A stretch of DNA of 64,000 bases from Amoebophrya sp. A120 (taxonomy: Eukaryota > Protista > Dinoflagellata), in assembly GCA_905178155.1 (NCBI GenBank), contig CAJINV010000004.1, positions 2,122,391-2,186,390 on the forward strand. The letters run 5' to 3'. The notes beneath the pieces were generated by a model. That model did not search any database and was not told the origin of the DNA. It was given only the letters and a program-made list of their open reading frames with translations. How positions within the stretch are numbered: the first letter of the stretch is position 1; each line of letters begins with the position of its first letter. Shown in pieces: positions 1-13,479 of the stretch. The position numbers and the translations under genes were made by a program.

Positions 1-93
1 GGAAAAGTACTTAACTCCGGCTGTTCTTCCCCAGTCACGGAACTGGCAGTGTAAGTAGTACTAAAAAATCAGCGTGACTTTTTTATGCAAAAA

Positions 94-1950
94 TCAATCT
101 CGGACGTCGCCGACGTAGTAGTCACGCACGAAAATTTCGCCAAACTGAGCAGATGTGGAATCTACCAGTGCAGGAGTTTCGGAAGTAGATGATGAATGTG
201 CTTGCAGAAGATGAGTACGCAAGCAAAAATCGCGTCCTGGGGAAGAAGTCCTGGAGTCTCTATTCTTGCACGGGATACATGTCGGTCCTTGCTTTTTTGC
301 ACCTTCGCTTCTTGACGCCTGATTCATCGATATTGTGGTCAAAATATTAAATTTTCTGATTGAATATTCCACACACCTCCGTTCTTGCGTGTCGTGTGCT
401 TGCAGGCAAAAATGCAAGTGCCGGCGCTCTTGCAGGAGGAGCTCTACTTGCGCTACTAATTTTCTCTCTTCGAGGGGGAACAAGAACAAACAGAACGGGT
501 AAAATAAAAAGTACAGAACTTTATTCTACCGCTGCCAGTCCTCCCTGTGCGATTGCGCCGCGCGGGCCTTTTCGTGCGCGACCTGAAACCGCTCCTGGAA
601 CTTGCGCAGACGTATTACAGTGAAAAATGCCCCCACCCCCACAGTTGTAAGAATTTGTCATGCTAAGTTTCCAGATGAAAACTTTTTGTCATGCATGAAA
701 GAAGTATGAATCTTTCTGATGCAGAGTAAAGTCGTATATCGCATCGCTTGCATGACAAGCGCCGCTCTTGCTGGGATCTTTTGCAATACAAATTTTTGCT
801 ATTCACGATTGGAAATCTGTGATGCTGCTAGGTGCAAGAGGGCGAATGTTTCTTTTGGAAAGGTTTGCAATACAAATGCTCCCAAGTTCGGGGGTGGGGG
901 CATTTTTTATTGTAATAAGACGCTTGAAGAGTTCGTAGACCGCCTCAAAGTCCTCCAACAGGTCCAGCACCGTGTCCTTGTGCGGACGGCTGCCTTTCTA
1001 TGAGAGTGCACAACTCCCCCTCCCCCTCATCTGTCATGCAAAATACCCAATCCACCCTCTACCTCTTGGCACTGTTTGCATGACAAGCTCTGGTAGCCCA
1101 AATAGCACTACACTCCAGTGCAAATTTGTCATGCAAAACCGGCATTCTTGCTGATGGCCGCTTGTAATGCCGTTTACACTACACAAACGAGGGGGAGGGG
1201 GGGTTGTGCACTGTCATACTTTCGGCATGTGCTTGTAGCCCTTTTCGATCATGGTTCGGGTGACGCCGTTCTCCGTGTCTAGCAGCATATCCTGTGTTAA
1301 AACGTCTCCACCCGCCCAGAGCTGTCATGCAAATCTGCATGCCAAAAAAAATTCTCAAGCGGAGCCCCGTGAGACGCATTTCCTCGTCGTTTTTTGGAAT
1401 TTGTGATGCTCGAATCAGCATGATGTGCTAGATCTGTGATGCTGCTGAACTACCTATAGTATAGGTATAATTATACAATACGAAGACAATAAATTTGTCA
1501 CGCGAACCAACCAAAGCAGGCTGATTTGTCTAGCAGATTTCCCATCAACATCTTGACTCTGGTGTGAGGACGTTTTTACTCAGGATACAGCATCGCACGA
1601 ATCTCCTCCTCCGTCTTGGAGCTCGAAAACGGCGTCAGCAGCACCGGCATCAGGTTTCGTTTCAGCAGTTTTTCGCACAGCTCGCCCGTCTTCGTTCTGA
1701 AGTCGTTGGTCACCGCTACCAGCTGGGGCAGGAATTCCTGCGACGTCGATGCCGCTTTGTCTTCGGCGTCCAAGGCCTCGACACTGCGAGCCGCGGAGGA
1801 GAGTTCCGCCTCCTTGGCCTTCGCGAACTCAGCCACGTCGTCCGCATCGTCTACGGACTTGAAGGCTTCCAACTTTTCCACAATTTGCCGCAAGCTCTGC
1901 AGGTCCGCGCCGGCCTTCCGGGCGTTCGTAACCGTTGGAAGTAGGGACAT
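94..1950 (-). CDS. Hypothetical protein gene, multi-exon, interrupted by three introner elements (3' end uncertain)
   Basis: ORF 1950-1588 (MSLLPTV...EEEIRAML) continues in frame as LDTENGVTRTMIEKGYKHMP/KGSRPHKDTVLDLLEDFEAVYELFK/RLRKFQERFQ after removing elements 1288-1587, 999-1218 and 613-917, each with one 5-bp direct repeat. Confidence 0.7.
613..917. mobile_element. Introner, family A (305 bp)
   Basis: TIR tattacagtgaaaaatgcccccacccc / ggggtgggggcattttttattgtaata; 5-bp direct repeat agacg; same length as and closely similar to 30798-31102. Confidence 0.9.
999..1218. mobile_element. Introner, family B
   Basis: TIR tatgagagtgcacaac... / ...gttgtgcactgtcata; direct repeat ctttc. Confidence 0.9.
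1288..1587. mobile_element. Introner, family C
   Basis: TIR tatcctgtgttaaaacgt / acgtttttactcaggata; direct repeat cagca. Confidence 0.88.
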
Positions 1951-3097
1951 AAAGACTTCTCGGTTCTTGTCGGTTAGTTTACCTAGTACTATAGCGGTTG
2001 TTTTTTCTCTTACCTCTGCTTGAACTACGCCTACCTATCATCGTATGGCATTATTTCGCTCGAATATCAAAAACAAAGCATCTGTGCGCGGCACTTAATA
2101 CAGGAGCACACTTATGTTCCCAGCACCCGCCGAATAGGTACAAACGGCAAGAGTCAAATCGGCGACAATTTTGGTGCGAATATCCTCCACTCTCACCCTC
2201 CACTCTCACCTGTTGAAAATCCGAAAAGCCTCGGTCCCGAGTAATCATATAATTGTGTACGCACTCACCGGCCGGTGATCGACGTATCATGGCAGCTCCT
2301 AGAGCCAGAGAAGTACATATCAGTACTGACCTTTTTCTCAACGAGACCAAAAATCGATTCTCACACCTTACCCTAAAAATCGATTGCAGCCCTTACCCCG
2401 AATTACAACACGACGCGGGTTTTATTTTCGCAAACCCAATAAACTATCCCGTATGGAATAGCAACAAACAAAGTGTCCTGTGCTGCCGCCAGAAATAACC
2501 TACGGCTGGAGAGAAGCCGAGGAGAAGGAAAGCGTTAATCCTTATGGGATTGTTGAACCAAGTCGGTACTTTCGTTTGTTTAGAGCGCCAACTTTTGGCA
2601 CGACATAGGTCGTACGTAGTACCCAGATGCATGGTGCCCCAAAAGGATCATGGTCGAGGTTCGCAGACTGAATTGGAGTCGCTCATTTGTAAATTTGTTT
2701 TCATTGCTCACCTTGCGCCAGTACCCGAGAGCATTTTCTATTACTTTAGCTACGCACCACTACAACTAACAGAACGTAAAGAATCCCGATACCGACCGCG
2801 GTGCCGGAAGTCGTCAACCCGAAGTATGGAGACCGCAGCTGCGAAATGGATCTCAGGCAAATTGGCATGGCAAATGTTCTTGCGTGCCCTGCCTGGGAGC
2901 ACAGAAGTTCTTTTTTCGCCGCGTGTAGTAAACTGCGTAGTTGCACTGTTAGGATAGAAAAACTGCCTATCAGTCAAGTCGAGATACCGGTCTACAGTTT
3001 TCTCCACATGCATCGTATGAAGTAGCCGTTTATGCAAAACAAGGCACCGCATCGTGCTCGTCGGCTCCCCTTTGAGCATTGCCATCAGGTCTTGAGA

Positions 3098-5143
3098 TCA
3101 TTCCCACCGCTGCGCATGCCGTACAGATGCTGCCGACGCCGGTGTCGCTGTTGACCCGACCGGTATCGGATCGGAGGATCCAACAGCTTCAACGGCGACC
3201 GTGATATTGATAATCCCGGCTGCGGAAATCGTCTGTGCCACCGCCGCTCCCAGTGTGGCGGTCAGGCCCGTGGCGGGGTCGGTTACGGCTGCCTTGGCCT
3301 CCTTCATCCGCTCCATCACGGCAGCCACGTCGACCAGACTGGTGGGTTGCGCCGTCAGCTTCACCAGGCACTTATGCATTGCCAATAACTCCGGGGCTGG
3401 AATAAACTTGTGATGCTACTACCGTGTGGAAGATGGACGCATTCTTTATTCCGATTACAGGTAAATAAAACAGGCGTGACGTCTTCCCAACCCGCGTCGC
3501 TTCATTCGCAGTCCGCGTCGTGAGAAACTGCGTGCTTGTCTGACAAAAGAGGCTGGACATGCTGGTCACGCAATACAGATTGGTCACAAGAACGTCAGTA
3601 GACCAACCTTCGTACTACAAATTCGCACTTTCCAAACCCAGATCGATATTTGCATTTGATAGTACTCCACCTTGGCCGTGGTATGGGCGCTAAGCTCTCG
3701 ACGGCGGGGCACTATGTCCCTTACTGGCGTGAGCGCAATGGTGCCAAAGCCCGTCGGACCGCCCAGCCACTGCACCTGTGCCGCCCACCGGTATTTGTTA
3801 TCTGTCGCTGCCCCTTCGGCCGCCTCACACGCGGTGCCGGTCGCGAAGGGCTTGTTCCCGGTAGAGCCAGACACCGTGGCGCAGTACGTCTTTCCGGTCG
3901 CCTTGTTGGCCTCCACTTTGAGCCGGTGCATCGCCGAGGGCATGGTGGGACTGTATCGAGTGCAACTTCTTATGTCTGGTGTTCTGGGAAAGTGGAGCCT
4001 GTCATGCTTCTCCTGTGACACTTCTCTATAGAATAATATGTAAAATCTGTGCTGTTGCACTACCGGCTGTAGGTACAAGAAGCGCACCGTCTCGCGCCAG
4101 CACATTGAAGTCCGCGATTTGTCACGCTCACTCGGCAGAAGGAGGCGTTCTTAACACTTTTCATGCGTGACTGTCATCACAATGGTAAGTAGCATCCCGG
4201 CCTCATGCAGCACAAATTCACAGATCCAGACTCATTCACGAAATGCCATAGGACCATGCTGAAGGCCATTCGCAGGCTGGTGTCGAAGAAGACCGGCGGC
4301 TGTGTGGTCAGCGCCGTCGAACTGGAAAGGTTCCCGTATCGAAAGGAAAAACCCCCCGTCCCCGTATCGAAAACGACGCCCGTGATGCTGGATTTGAGTA
4401 CACAAATCGACTTGTATTGCTAGAAGGCCAAGCGACGGAATTGTTGCCTGAATTGGAGGAAACTTCTCATGCTGTTACCCACTTTCAGCTGCCTCCTGTC
4501 ATTCTGAAGACGCAAGGTCTTCGCACGCCAGCCAGCACTACAGTCCGCATCTTTTGGCTTCGAGCATGATTTGTGGTCACAAATCATGCTACACAAATCC
4601 CCATTTTGATATGGGGAGGCGGGGCTTTTTCATTCTGATATGCCGGATGCATTGCTCGTCAGCCACCGTAGTTCCAGGACATCCTCATCCTGATCGCGCG
4701 GTGAGGAAAATGAAAATGCACTGCAAACACCTCATTCGACCATTCGGGTTTAATGATAAGTAATACGTGGCACAAAAAACTGCATCGCGCAGAACTACAG
4801 CCCTACCTACCAGAGCGCAACGGCAACCGCAAATAAGTGGAAAGGCGTCTGTGGAATTTCCAGGAAGTTGTTATAGTGAAGCGCAATTCCAAATGTTAAC
4901 AGAAAAGAGGTTATGAGGACATGCTCTACGTCGTTCACGAGCCCGTCGCTCACAAATCCATGTCCCATGTGGTGCTACCGTGTCTGCTGTGCATACTAAA
5001 TCGAGGACACCATTATCCCGGGTCGCGTCTGTCAACGGTAGTAACTCATCGCCATCGTCGTTGGCAGCATTTACCGGCGAGAGTAAGCACCATACCCTTA
5101 AAACAAGCACACGCGTAACAAAAATCGTCCGAGAGAGCGTCAT
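3098..5143 (-). CDS. Putative secreted RRL-motif protein, paralog of 6956-9201 (multi-exon, ends uncertain)
   Basis: Exon ANKATGKTYC..PFATGTACEAAEGAAT..DIVPRRRELSAHTTAKVEY/LVKLTAQP aligns with TNKGTGLAYC..PFITTTVCAAAEGATT..DLIPRRLASHVAAKGVSYSMALTAKP in the paralog; possible signal-peptide exon at 4871-5143. Confidence 0.55.
3373..3661. mobile_element. Introner, family D (degenerate)
   Basis: tatgcattgc... / ...atttgcatttgata; imperfect direct repeat gcact/gtact; removal gives in-frame VEYLVKL. Confidence 0.75.
4337..4640. mobile_element. Introner, family E
   Basis: tatcgaaaggaaaaacccccgtccccgtatc / gatatggggaggcggggctttttcattctgata; imperfect direct repeat tcccg/tgccg. Confidence 0.7.
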
Positions 5144-6955
5144 TTGTTTTCATCGTAGTACTAACGATGCGGATGCATCACTCTGACATAGTTGCAGTAC
5201 TTAACGGCTGCAAGGTCGGGGCTAAGCCTAGACAGGATCTAGGTGTTCTCTTACTTAGTTGCGCTTACTTAGCGAAAATTGAGCTGATCCTTTTTCACGA
5301 GGACGAGCGACTCCTCTGCATTGATCTGCGTCGACATTGATCTGCGACTCTTCCTACTTCCCCTGAACAACAATGCCAGTTCTACTTCACTAGGCCATAC
5401 AAGATCATCCTGCAGATCTTATTTGCAACTGATCGTAAAAAGTGGATGTCGAAGTCAGACGGAAAAAACCTTCCAAAGATGGAAAAAAAAACACCTGATC
5501 CGGGGTGAGAAAAGCCGTTGTCTAGTATATAGGCTGACCAGCTGAACGCACGAGCGCTGCGCAGCGCGGGTAGTAGAACAACCATTCACTTTCGCTGAGA
5601 CAAGACACATGGTCATGCTTAGACACACCCGACCACTGAGCGTCGTGGAAAATTTGTTTTTTAGCTTAGCAAGAAGCGACTCTGAAAGGGAAACTAGTTT
5701 TCAACCAAAGTAGTCACTTTTGCAACAAGATTCTTCAGCGCGCGGGGATGTGCGCCGGCAACGCTGGAAAAAGATTCTGAGTGCTTTCTTCCGACACTGA
5801 TACTTCTCTTCTGCGCTCGATACTTGGACTTCTGTCGTCAGGCAGGAAGTACAGAAAGGTGAAAAACCTTGGAAAAGCTGCAGCATCTCAGATTTGCTAC
5901 TAAACTCCGCGAGAACTCGCTGCGAGATCTAGCCTGTAGAAAAGCAGAAGGATGTCAGAACCACGACGGCGAGCGCTTCGAGCAAATTTTCGGATATAGC
6001 AAAAAACTATGCGAAAACTCTTACGAAATGCTGGAGTTTGTGCTGCATATGTGAAGAATATTAGACAAACAACGGACAAGTGTGCGGAAAATGACATCTA
6101 CGTTCTACGGTGTACTAGAATCGGCGCACATGAGTGCAGCTGCGGGTCAAATAGAAAACAACCTTCGAAAATCGACCGAGCCCGTGGAGGGCCATAGAAG
6201 CGGAGCCGTACGTGAACGCTGAAAAGGGCACGGATATTGTCTACATCGGAGGACAATCACGTGCGCAGTAAAAATTGCATATTGCTTCCTGCTAGCGGTA
6301 GTGAAACAGAAATACAATCGTGAAACAGATGTGTTGAGCACGTAGAATAAACTGCATCTACCTGTAGACATATTTTTGCTACGGTTTCAACAGTTTTGCC
6401 AACAGATGTGTTTTCGGAAAGATCTGCCGTCAGTAATAATCGAGCATCACTGCAACGATGACAAGGAAGTTGTGTTGCGGCAGAGATGATACAATTATAA
6501 TTTAGGTAGCTAGCATAAAGAAGTTGCCTGTCGCAAGGACAACGGACATTACTGCTCAAGCGTCATGCAGGCTTCTCCACGATGGTCGTTTTTTTTTTCG
6601 AAGGAGTATAAAAATGCTGAAACATGGGTTGTTCCGTAGGGCGACGCAGATTCTGTATCACAAAATGCTGCGTCGCGTCTACACGACGAACCGGTGAGAG
6701 TGGTAATCGAATAGAAAAAATTGGGAAAATCTGAATGTTCAAGTATCTGAAATAGTCTGATTCGCATTGCAATCGCAGTCTGGTACGTAACTATAGCCCT
6801 GTTTTTCTTGCTGTGTCGCAGTTGTAAATCCATTTTCTTATTCTGAACGAAGACTATCGCGTACTAGGTCGTTGTACCCTTCCGGCTTTACTTACTTTCT
6901 GTTCCGCACGCAATAGCCTCTTCGTTCTTTTCTCCAAGACACTTGTCGATCACGC

Positions 6956-9201
6956 TTAGAACATGACCAGGGACGCAACCACCGCGAAGGCTATCCAATG
7001 TAAAAATGTCCCCAACCTATAGCGGTAATGCAAATCCGCATGCTGAAAATGAAAACGCTTCTCATGCGGAGCCTCAAGAGTATGCTGCTAGTCGCGTTTC
7101 GGAATTTGCGAACGATGCGCAAATAATCAGCAGAATGCGCTATGCCTGTCATGCTGCTGAACGGAGTGACCAAAGCAGCAGATTTTCCATCTTGTCTAGC
7201 CGATTTTCCATCTTGACTACGGGGCGGTGGGGACGTTTTTACACAGGATAAAGGCAGCGGCGACGCCGGTGGCCAGGCCGGTGGCGGACGACGCGGCGGT
7301 GGCGGACGGGAGACCGGTGACCGCGGCGACAGAGGCGTATGCATTGCAAATAGGTCTGCATCTGGAAAAGGGCAGACGTTTGCCATACACCTTTTCGATG
7401 GCCCGCGATGTCTGTGATGTATTATTCCGCCCTGCGCGTAGCAAAAACTAGGCCATTCTCACTGCTCAGGCAATTACAATTTTTTTTTTTGAAATTGCAG
7501 CATCACAACTCCCACTCTTCCACAGTGCGACAGACATATTTGCACTGGATACGACAGTGGGCGCGTTGATGGTGTAGTTCCCCGGCAAAGTGGCGAGTTC
7601 GGTCGCAACCTTGGACGAAACCGCAGTGGCGAGGTTAGAGTTGACGTTCGCAGTGGCGGTTGCCATGATGGCCGCCGAGGCCGTCTGGTCCGCGGCATCG
7701 ACCGGCTTCGCCGTGAGTGCCATGCTGTACGACACCCCCTTGGCAGCAACGTGGGACGCCAAACGACGCGGGATCAGGTCGGCGGCCCCAGACGCGGTTC
7801 CCGCAGAGAAGTCGGAACCCCAGGTGACGGAACCGCCCCAGTACACATCAGCGGTGGTCGCGCCCTCGGCGGCGGCGCACACGGTGGTCGTAATGAATGG
7901 CAACCCAGTTCCGGACATGCTATCGCAATAGGCCAATCCCGTACCCTTGTTGGTGGCGGTCTGCAGATTGCTGATGTCAGCCGCGGCGGTGGGGATGCTG
8001 GGGAGCATTATCAAAACGAAAAGCGCCCCGTGGTCCCCCAGGAGGGTGAGATACATTCCTGATTCACACTGATTTTCGCATGCAAAACTTTTCTCTCGCA
8101 TGAGAAAAAACTGTCCTTCATGTGGTCTTCGTCCAGATTTGAACAATTCTGCCTTTCATTCTCGAGAGCGGCAGCTTGTACAGTCCTCTTTGCAACACAA
8201 ACCTTTGTCTGGAATAGAATACTAAGTACCATGCAAGGTGGACAGTGCTTCTTTTCACTCGAAGCAAGTTTAGTATTTGCATCACAAAGAAAACTTCTCC
8301 TTCCTGGGGTGGGTGCAAGAACTCTTTTCAATGGGATAGAGGTGAACCCAACGGTGCTGGTCAAAACGATCGGGGGCAGGGTGACCGTATCGGTTGAGGT
8401 GGTGGTGTTGGTGTTGTTGGTCGACGTGGTGGTGCCTTGGGTCGTGGTGTTGCTGGTGTTTGACGTCGTATGCATTGCAAATATCGCGCTGGGTCGGGAA
8501 CGAAAACGTAATGATAATATATTTATGATGTTGTTTGTCCCTGCTCCACTTCGTACAATAGTTGCAGTAAGACATCACTGACGCAGGAATTATTCGCATG
8601 AAAAACTGCGCATCGGCATATGAGTCAAGCCAGGAAACAAACCTCGGCGCAGCGATCCAACCCCAATCGTGAAGAAGATGTGCATCCCTCTAGAACAAAG
8701 TCTGACACTCTTCTAGCGGTAAGAACCCAGAGACATTTGCATTTCGTACGTCAGCTGGCGCAACCATGCCATGTCATCGTCGGCGAAGGAGTATGGCGGG
8801 AAAAAAGTTTTAGTTTCGAATGCCAATCACAATCCGACCTCGGTGTGCTCGAACTACAGTACTAAGTGCTTTTTCTTTTCGCGCAAAAACAGCGCGATAG
8901 ATCCAATACTTCTGCCTCTTTTTCGGAGGTGTCTGTATTTGAAACCTACTCATGGCAAAAAATACATGCCGAAGCACTGGAAAATCATGGATGAAATCGT
9001 GTTTTCTCACTGACGTTCGTATCGCATTTCGCAAAATGAAAAACTGCGAAACCACATAACAACAACTGCATGAACATGGTATAATTGGTCCCCCGCAGCG
9101 AAGCGGATTGTGATCAATCGAACTGAAAACAAGTGAAAAACATTGGGTACCTCACCACGGACAGCGACGGCCGCGGCGGCGGCAAGGGCGAAAGTCTTCA
9201 T
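6956..9201 (-). CDS. Secreted, probably GPI/membrane-anchored surface protein with Thr-rich tract and RRL motif (multi-exon)
   Basis: N-terminal MKTFALAAAAAVAVR signal peptide; Thr-rich exon; hydrophobic C-terminus ...GLATGVAAAFAVVASLVMF* reconstructed across introners. Confidence 0.7.
6992..7250. mobile_element. Introner, family C
   Basis: tatccaatgtaaaaatgtcccc / ggggacgtttttacacaggata; direct repeat aaggc. Confidence 0.85.
7338..7551. mobile_element. Introner, family D
   Basis: tatgcattgcaaataggtctg / cagacatatttgcactggata; only a 2-bp direct repeat (cg) is visible, but removal restores the frame. Confidence 0.7.
8469..8748. mobile_element. Introner, family D
   Basis: tatgcattgcaaatatc..ctgggt / acccagagacatttgcatttcgta; direct repeat cgtcg/cgtca. 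Confidence 0.7.
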
Positions 9202-11142
9202 TTTTGTTTTGCGGCAGCAAGAAATCTACTATACTTCTCGTTCAGATACTTCAGTTCCCTAGAATCAGATTGGATGTATCTGGATATTGGAGGACCTTCC
9301 TGGTGACTTGCTTATTATGCCTTGCATACGACTCTATACTGCGACCCTGTTGCGCCAGCTATAGGGGCTATACGTACTTAGTACTTCTTGTGGTTGACAA
9401 ATGTGTTGGTTTCGTTGAGTTTCACAAGAGGCAGATGACGAAGATGCGAAAACAATTTCAGTGGATGATCCTGTTTGATATTGAAGGAGATGGACACTAC
9501 TAGTATCGGTGAAAACAGGTGGAAAAGTTCCAGGACTTGTGTTGACAGCGTACCAGGGGACTGTTTTTTCGTTGGGAATTGTAACTGGTGTGCAGTGCAA
9601 GAAGCGGGGGAGGGGACGCTATTGGTACTACTAGTGGGACGGGGTCTTCGGTTTTTCAATGTTCACACAGACTGGCAAAATGCAGTTGATAAATGTTTCG
9701 CTCTCTCTCTCTCACTATGAAACAACTTCTGTGTAGTACTGTATCCAGAAACAATACAAGCCTCGCTACAACAGACACTAAGGGGCTGGCTAATGTATTG
9801 GCAACAAAGACTACTTCAGCGGCGGAGGTATAATTCTTGTCTCGCTCAATAAAATACAGACGCTCATAGATCTACCGCAGACATCTGCAGCATCTGCGTG
9901 CACCAACAGTTTTTTTAGGCACAGCTGCAGTGCTGTCTTTATTCCTCGCATTCTGAACATTTTTCTCCGAAAAGGACACACAACGAGACGTCCGTCGCGA
10001 CCGGACCTCTAGCGAGGGGGCATAGCAAATGTACCGAATTGCAGTCGTTATGCCGCATCGCGGCTCCGACAGAAAGCGCCGTCGTGTTGCAGTCGCTTAG
10101 GTACAACTAAAAATCCACTGTATAACGAGGAAAAATCTTACTTGCATCTTCTGAAGATGCGAGCTCTACTGGCTCCAAACTAACTGGCTTTGGATGTCTA
10201 TGTCACGTCTACCTCTACAGTCTGAAAATAATACTGATTGGCTGGTCTTCAACATCCACTTGGGTTACAGATGTGTAGTAGAGCTTCAAATTGCACTTCC
10301 ACTTGCCACCTACGTCTCGCGGTGATAATACCAAGACCCCTCGAAGCTGAGCCGGTACAACTGCACTTTGCCGCTGTAAAAGACGTGGTCCGGGGGAAGA
10401 CCCCCGCTCAGCAGCTTCTCCACCACGCGAAAGCCGTATTCGGGTAGCGCCCGCAGAAACGCGTCTTCCACCGTGCTATCTCGCTGCCCGCTATCCAGAG
10501 GGAAAAAGCCGTTTCGGGTCTGGAAGGTGTTTAGTAGATACCTGCGTGGAGTAGTTCTACTTCCCCTCGTAGGTTTCTTCGTGCGAACGGGAGGCGTACC
10601 TCGCAGAACAGATCTGGCTTTTTATACACCATTCTTACGAGTTGTAACATCGTCCATTACTTAAAAATTCCTTCATGCGCCTGTATCTTCGCTTCCGCGG
10701 TTTATTTTCATGTACAGTTATAGGTTTCGGCTCATGCATTCCTCCAAACCCGGACCCACAGAGCTTCACCGCATACTTGTGTGCAAAGAGGATCTGCACA
10801 GAGGTCGGCAGGTGCGTGCACAGGGTCTCGAGTATGGAAATAATGCACATCCTTACTGTATTCCCACGACAACATGACAAGTACTTTGGAAGCATCCATT
10901 GGGGCGGAATGAATTGAATTACTGCTCACGCGATGATTCCTACAAGACAAATCCTCCACGCACCCGACCCAGAGTGCAGCTTCTATTTGCGGTCAATATT
11001 ATCGACACTGCTCGGCCGTGCTGGTGCGCTGAGAGGAAAAAGAAAACTACACACATTTTGTGTTCGACTGTAGTTCTCCCATCAAGCACATACCAAAGAA
11101 GCAGCAGGCCATTCGTAAGTGCACTACTATCATACGCAGAAC

Positions 11143-12219
11143 CTGCAAGAACGATGCGATGAATGGATGGGCCCACACCACGTCCGAGGCCAGAATCACA
11201 TCCACGCCGGCGTTATGCATTGCAAATAGCCCCAAGTAAACGACGTCTGGAAGATTTATTTCGTCAGCCTCAGAGGCTGACGAAATAAATCTGCCTCGTG
11301 TATTAAAAATCACAGCACAAAATAACGCACCCTATCTAAGTACTACCTTCCGACGGGGTAAGTAGTCGTTTCTTCGCTGTAGGAAATGCACTTGAAAGAA
11401 GACATGCAAATAAACCCACCACGGCTTCATTTTGTCCTGCTCTGCGTGCATCTTTGCCGTTTTTGTTCCCACATAAAACGGCTTGACAAATGATGTCTGC
11501 ACGATCGTTCCAGACCGCCCAAACTTGGTAAGTACCTACTATTGCAGTTGGTAGGCGCGCGTGAACTCCCGCACGTGCTCCGGAACAACCGGAGCCGGAG
11601 CTACACCCGACGACGTCTGGTCCTCGGTAGAAGTGGCTGGACCGTACTGCTTCTTTTTCCACACGTCCCAGTCCAACTCGCGGTACTGGCAGGACCCCCC
11701 GGCGTCACGCACGCCCCTCTCGTTTCTCGCCAGGTTCGCGCGCAACTGGGCGCCCACCGTCCCGGCCTTGTCCGTCACCGTCACGTCGTGCCCGCACAGG
11801 GCTGCCGCCAGACCGCTAATGCCCGTGCCCGCGCCCAGTTCCAGCACCTTCTTCCGAGGCCGTAGTGGGGTGGTTGTTCGTGAACAAGCTGTGGCTTGTC
11901 GTCGTCCTGTGGAGCAGATCGTAGTAGAATTACTACCTCCACCTTGATCATGATCCCGGTCGTCCGTAATATTGCCTTCCGGCAAGAACAGCACACGGTC
12001 CGCACCGCCATCTGATGTTGCACCTCCGCTGCGGGAAAAGTGCGTTTCCAAATACTTGGCTAGCACGATGCCCGCGTCCCAGACCCGCAGTCCGGTTTCG
12101 CCGGCGTCCGTGGGCGGCTTGCAGTCCAGCAGTAGTGGGCGCCCAGCGACGAAAAAGTCGGACCCGTCAAACCGTGTCGTCATGGCCATCAGCTTGTCAC
12201 ACGTACTCGGCTTATGCAC
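11143..12219 (-). CDS. Class I SAM-dependent protein lysine methyltransferase (METTL21/Methyltransf_16-like); further 3' exons likely toward about 10.4 kb
   Basis: TGLRVWDAGIVLAKYL, VLELGAGTGISGLAAA, VTVTD, LRANLARN, ELDW and, after introner 11214-11553, DVILASDVVW. Confidence 0.85.
11214..11553. mobile_element. Introner, family D-like (degenerate)
   Basis: tatgcattgcaaatag / ctattgcagttggta; direct repeat ggcgt/ggcgc; removal joins EFTRA to GVDVILASD in frame. Confidence 0.7.
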
Positions 12220-12345
12220 TTCGCAACAAATTATTCGTGGAAGGAATGACTAGTGCATTACATCAAAAGACTGTAAAAAATTGAATCATAATCTAGAGTT
12301 GAAATTCGTCAACACGCAACCTGGTCGCAATCTTTACTTACACCA

Positions 12346-13479
12346 TCAATACAACGACAGAACTGTTGCAGCTTTTTCATACTTCTGCTGGTACACCACC
12401 CGCGCGTCTTCTACCCCCTCGGCACTGGAACAATCGACTTTCGTACCAGAAATTATAGCGGTACCATCACCGCCTGCTTGCTCCCCGCTGGACCCACCTG
12501 CGCGTCCTTGGCCGCCTCCCGGAGGATCTAGTTGTGCCACTGCTGCAGTACTACCTGTGTGTGGCACGACCAGCTTGTCCTTCTGCGCTGCCGGTTGGAC
12601 ACACGCAGTAGAACCGGAGATTTTGCACGTCGAGTCCCCTCCCACTCTGGCCGCCAGGGAGCTGCAAGTAGCAGCTCCGATCGGTTTATTCTTCGGGGCG
12701 ACAAACCAGTGTGGTGCTCGATGCTGGTAGACGCTGGTGCCACTCCCGTTCATCGACGAAAGTGGTTCTTGAAGTCCCCGGCTCAGACGTGCCAGATTTG
12801 CGTCGGCCGGACGAGGAATCGTGGCGGGGCGTGGTGCGGGAATAGTACAACTAACCGGCTGATATTTCTTCACAACCGGCTGTACCAGTGCGGAGGACAT
12901 GATCAATGGCGTCGTCCCGTAGTGGCTCTTCGGCACCTCCATCGGGGTACCCGTTGTACTTCCGTTGGTGTCCTCCTCGCGTGGAGCACCAGGGAACATC
13001 AATGATCCAGCTTGCTGCGATGGTGGGATAGCGTTCTTGGCGGTGTCGGTTCCAGTAGCTGCTTTTCCTCCTCCCGATGGATCATGCTCTACTTGATGTC
13101 CTGCTGGCTGTGCCGGCAGGTGTTGATCTCCAAGTGTGGTCGTGGCGGCTCCACCAGCTGTTGCACTTGCCAGGTACAGCGATCCGTATTTCGTCCCCGG
13201 CAGGAGCAGTGGATAATTAGTATTCACTCGCCCCGTCGTGCCCGCAGCAACAGAGGGTACTAAAAAGGATGCACCGCCTGCTGATGCGACGCCAACCTGC
13301 TGAGACGGTTGCTGCTGCGCCCGCGTTCCCAAGTTCAAGGGTTGGTTCTGGCTCGCCAACACCCCTCCGAGTTTTACCGGCTGCAGGAAACTCGGCGGTC
13401 GCAGCCCGAATGGCGGCGCAGCGGCTGCGAGTGAAGTCGTGCTGTCCATCGACGTGGCTCCATTCGACGTCCCGCTCAT
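12346..13479 (-). CDS. Low-complexity hypothetical protein or exon (possibly the 5' part of the methyltransferase gene)
   Basis: 377-aa ATG-initiated ORF rich in G/S/T/A/P; no recognisable domain. Confidence 0.45.
   Translation of the reverse strand: MSGTSNGATSMDSTTSLAAAAPPFGLRPPSFLQPVKLGGVLASQNQPLNLGTRAQQQPSQQVGVASAGGASFLVPSVAAGTTGRVNTNYPLLLPGTKYGSLYLASATAGGAATTTLGDQHLPAQPAGHQVEHDPSGGGKAATGTDTAKNAIPPSQQAGSLMFPGAPREEDTNGSTTGTPMEVPKSHYGTTPLIMSSALVQPVVKKYQPVSCTIPAPRPATIPRPADANLARLSRGLQEPLSSMNGSGTSVYQHRAPHWFVAPKNKPIGAATCSSLAARVGGDSTCKISGSTACVQPAAQKDKLVVPHTGSTAAVAQLDPPGGGQGRAGGSSGEQAGGDGTAIISGTKVDCSSAEGVEDARVVYQQKYEKAATVLSLY

Noticed and set aside
613-917. Tc1/mariner-type MITEs with TA target duplications
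   Set aside because: The TA is part of the TIR. The real flanking duplication is 5 bp of variable sequence, and only that reading gives the plausible frame.
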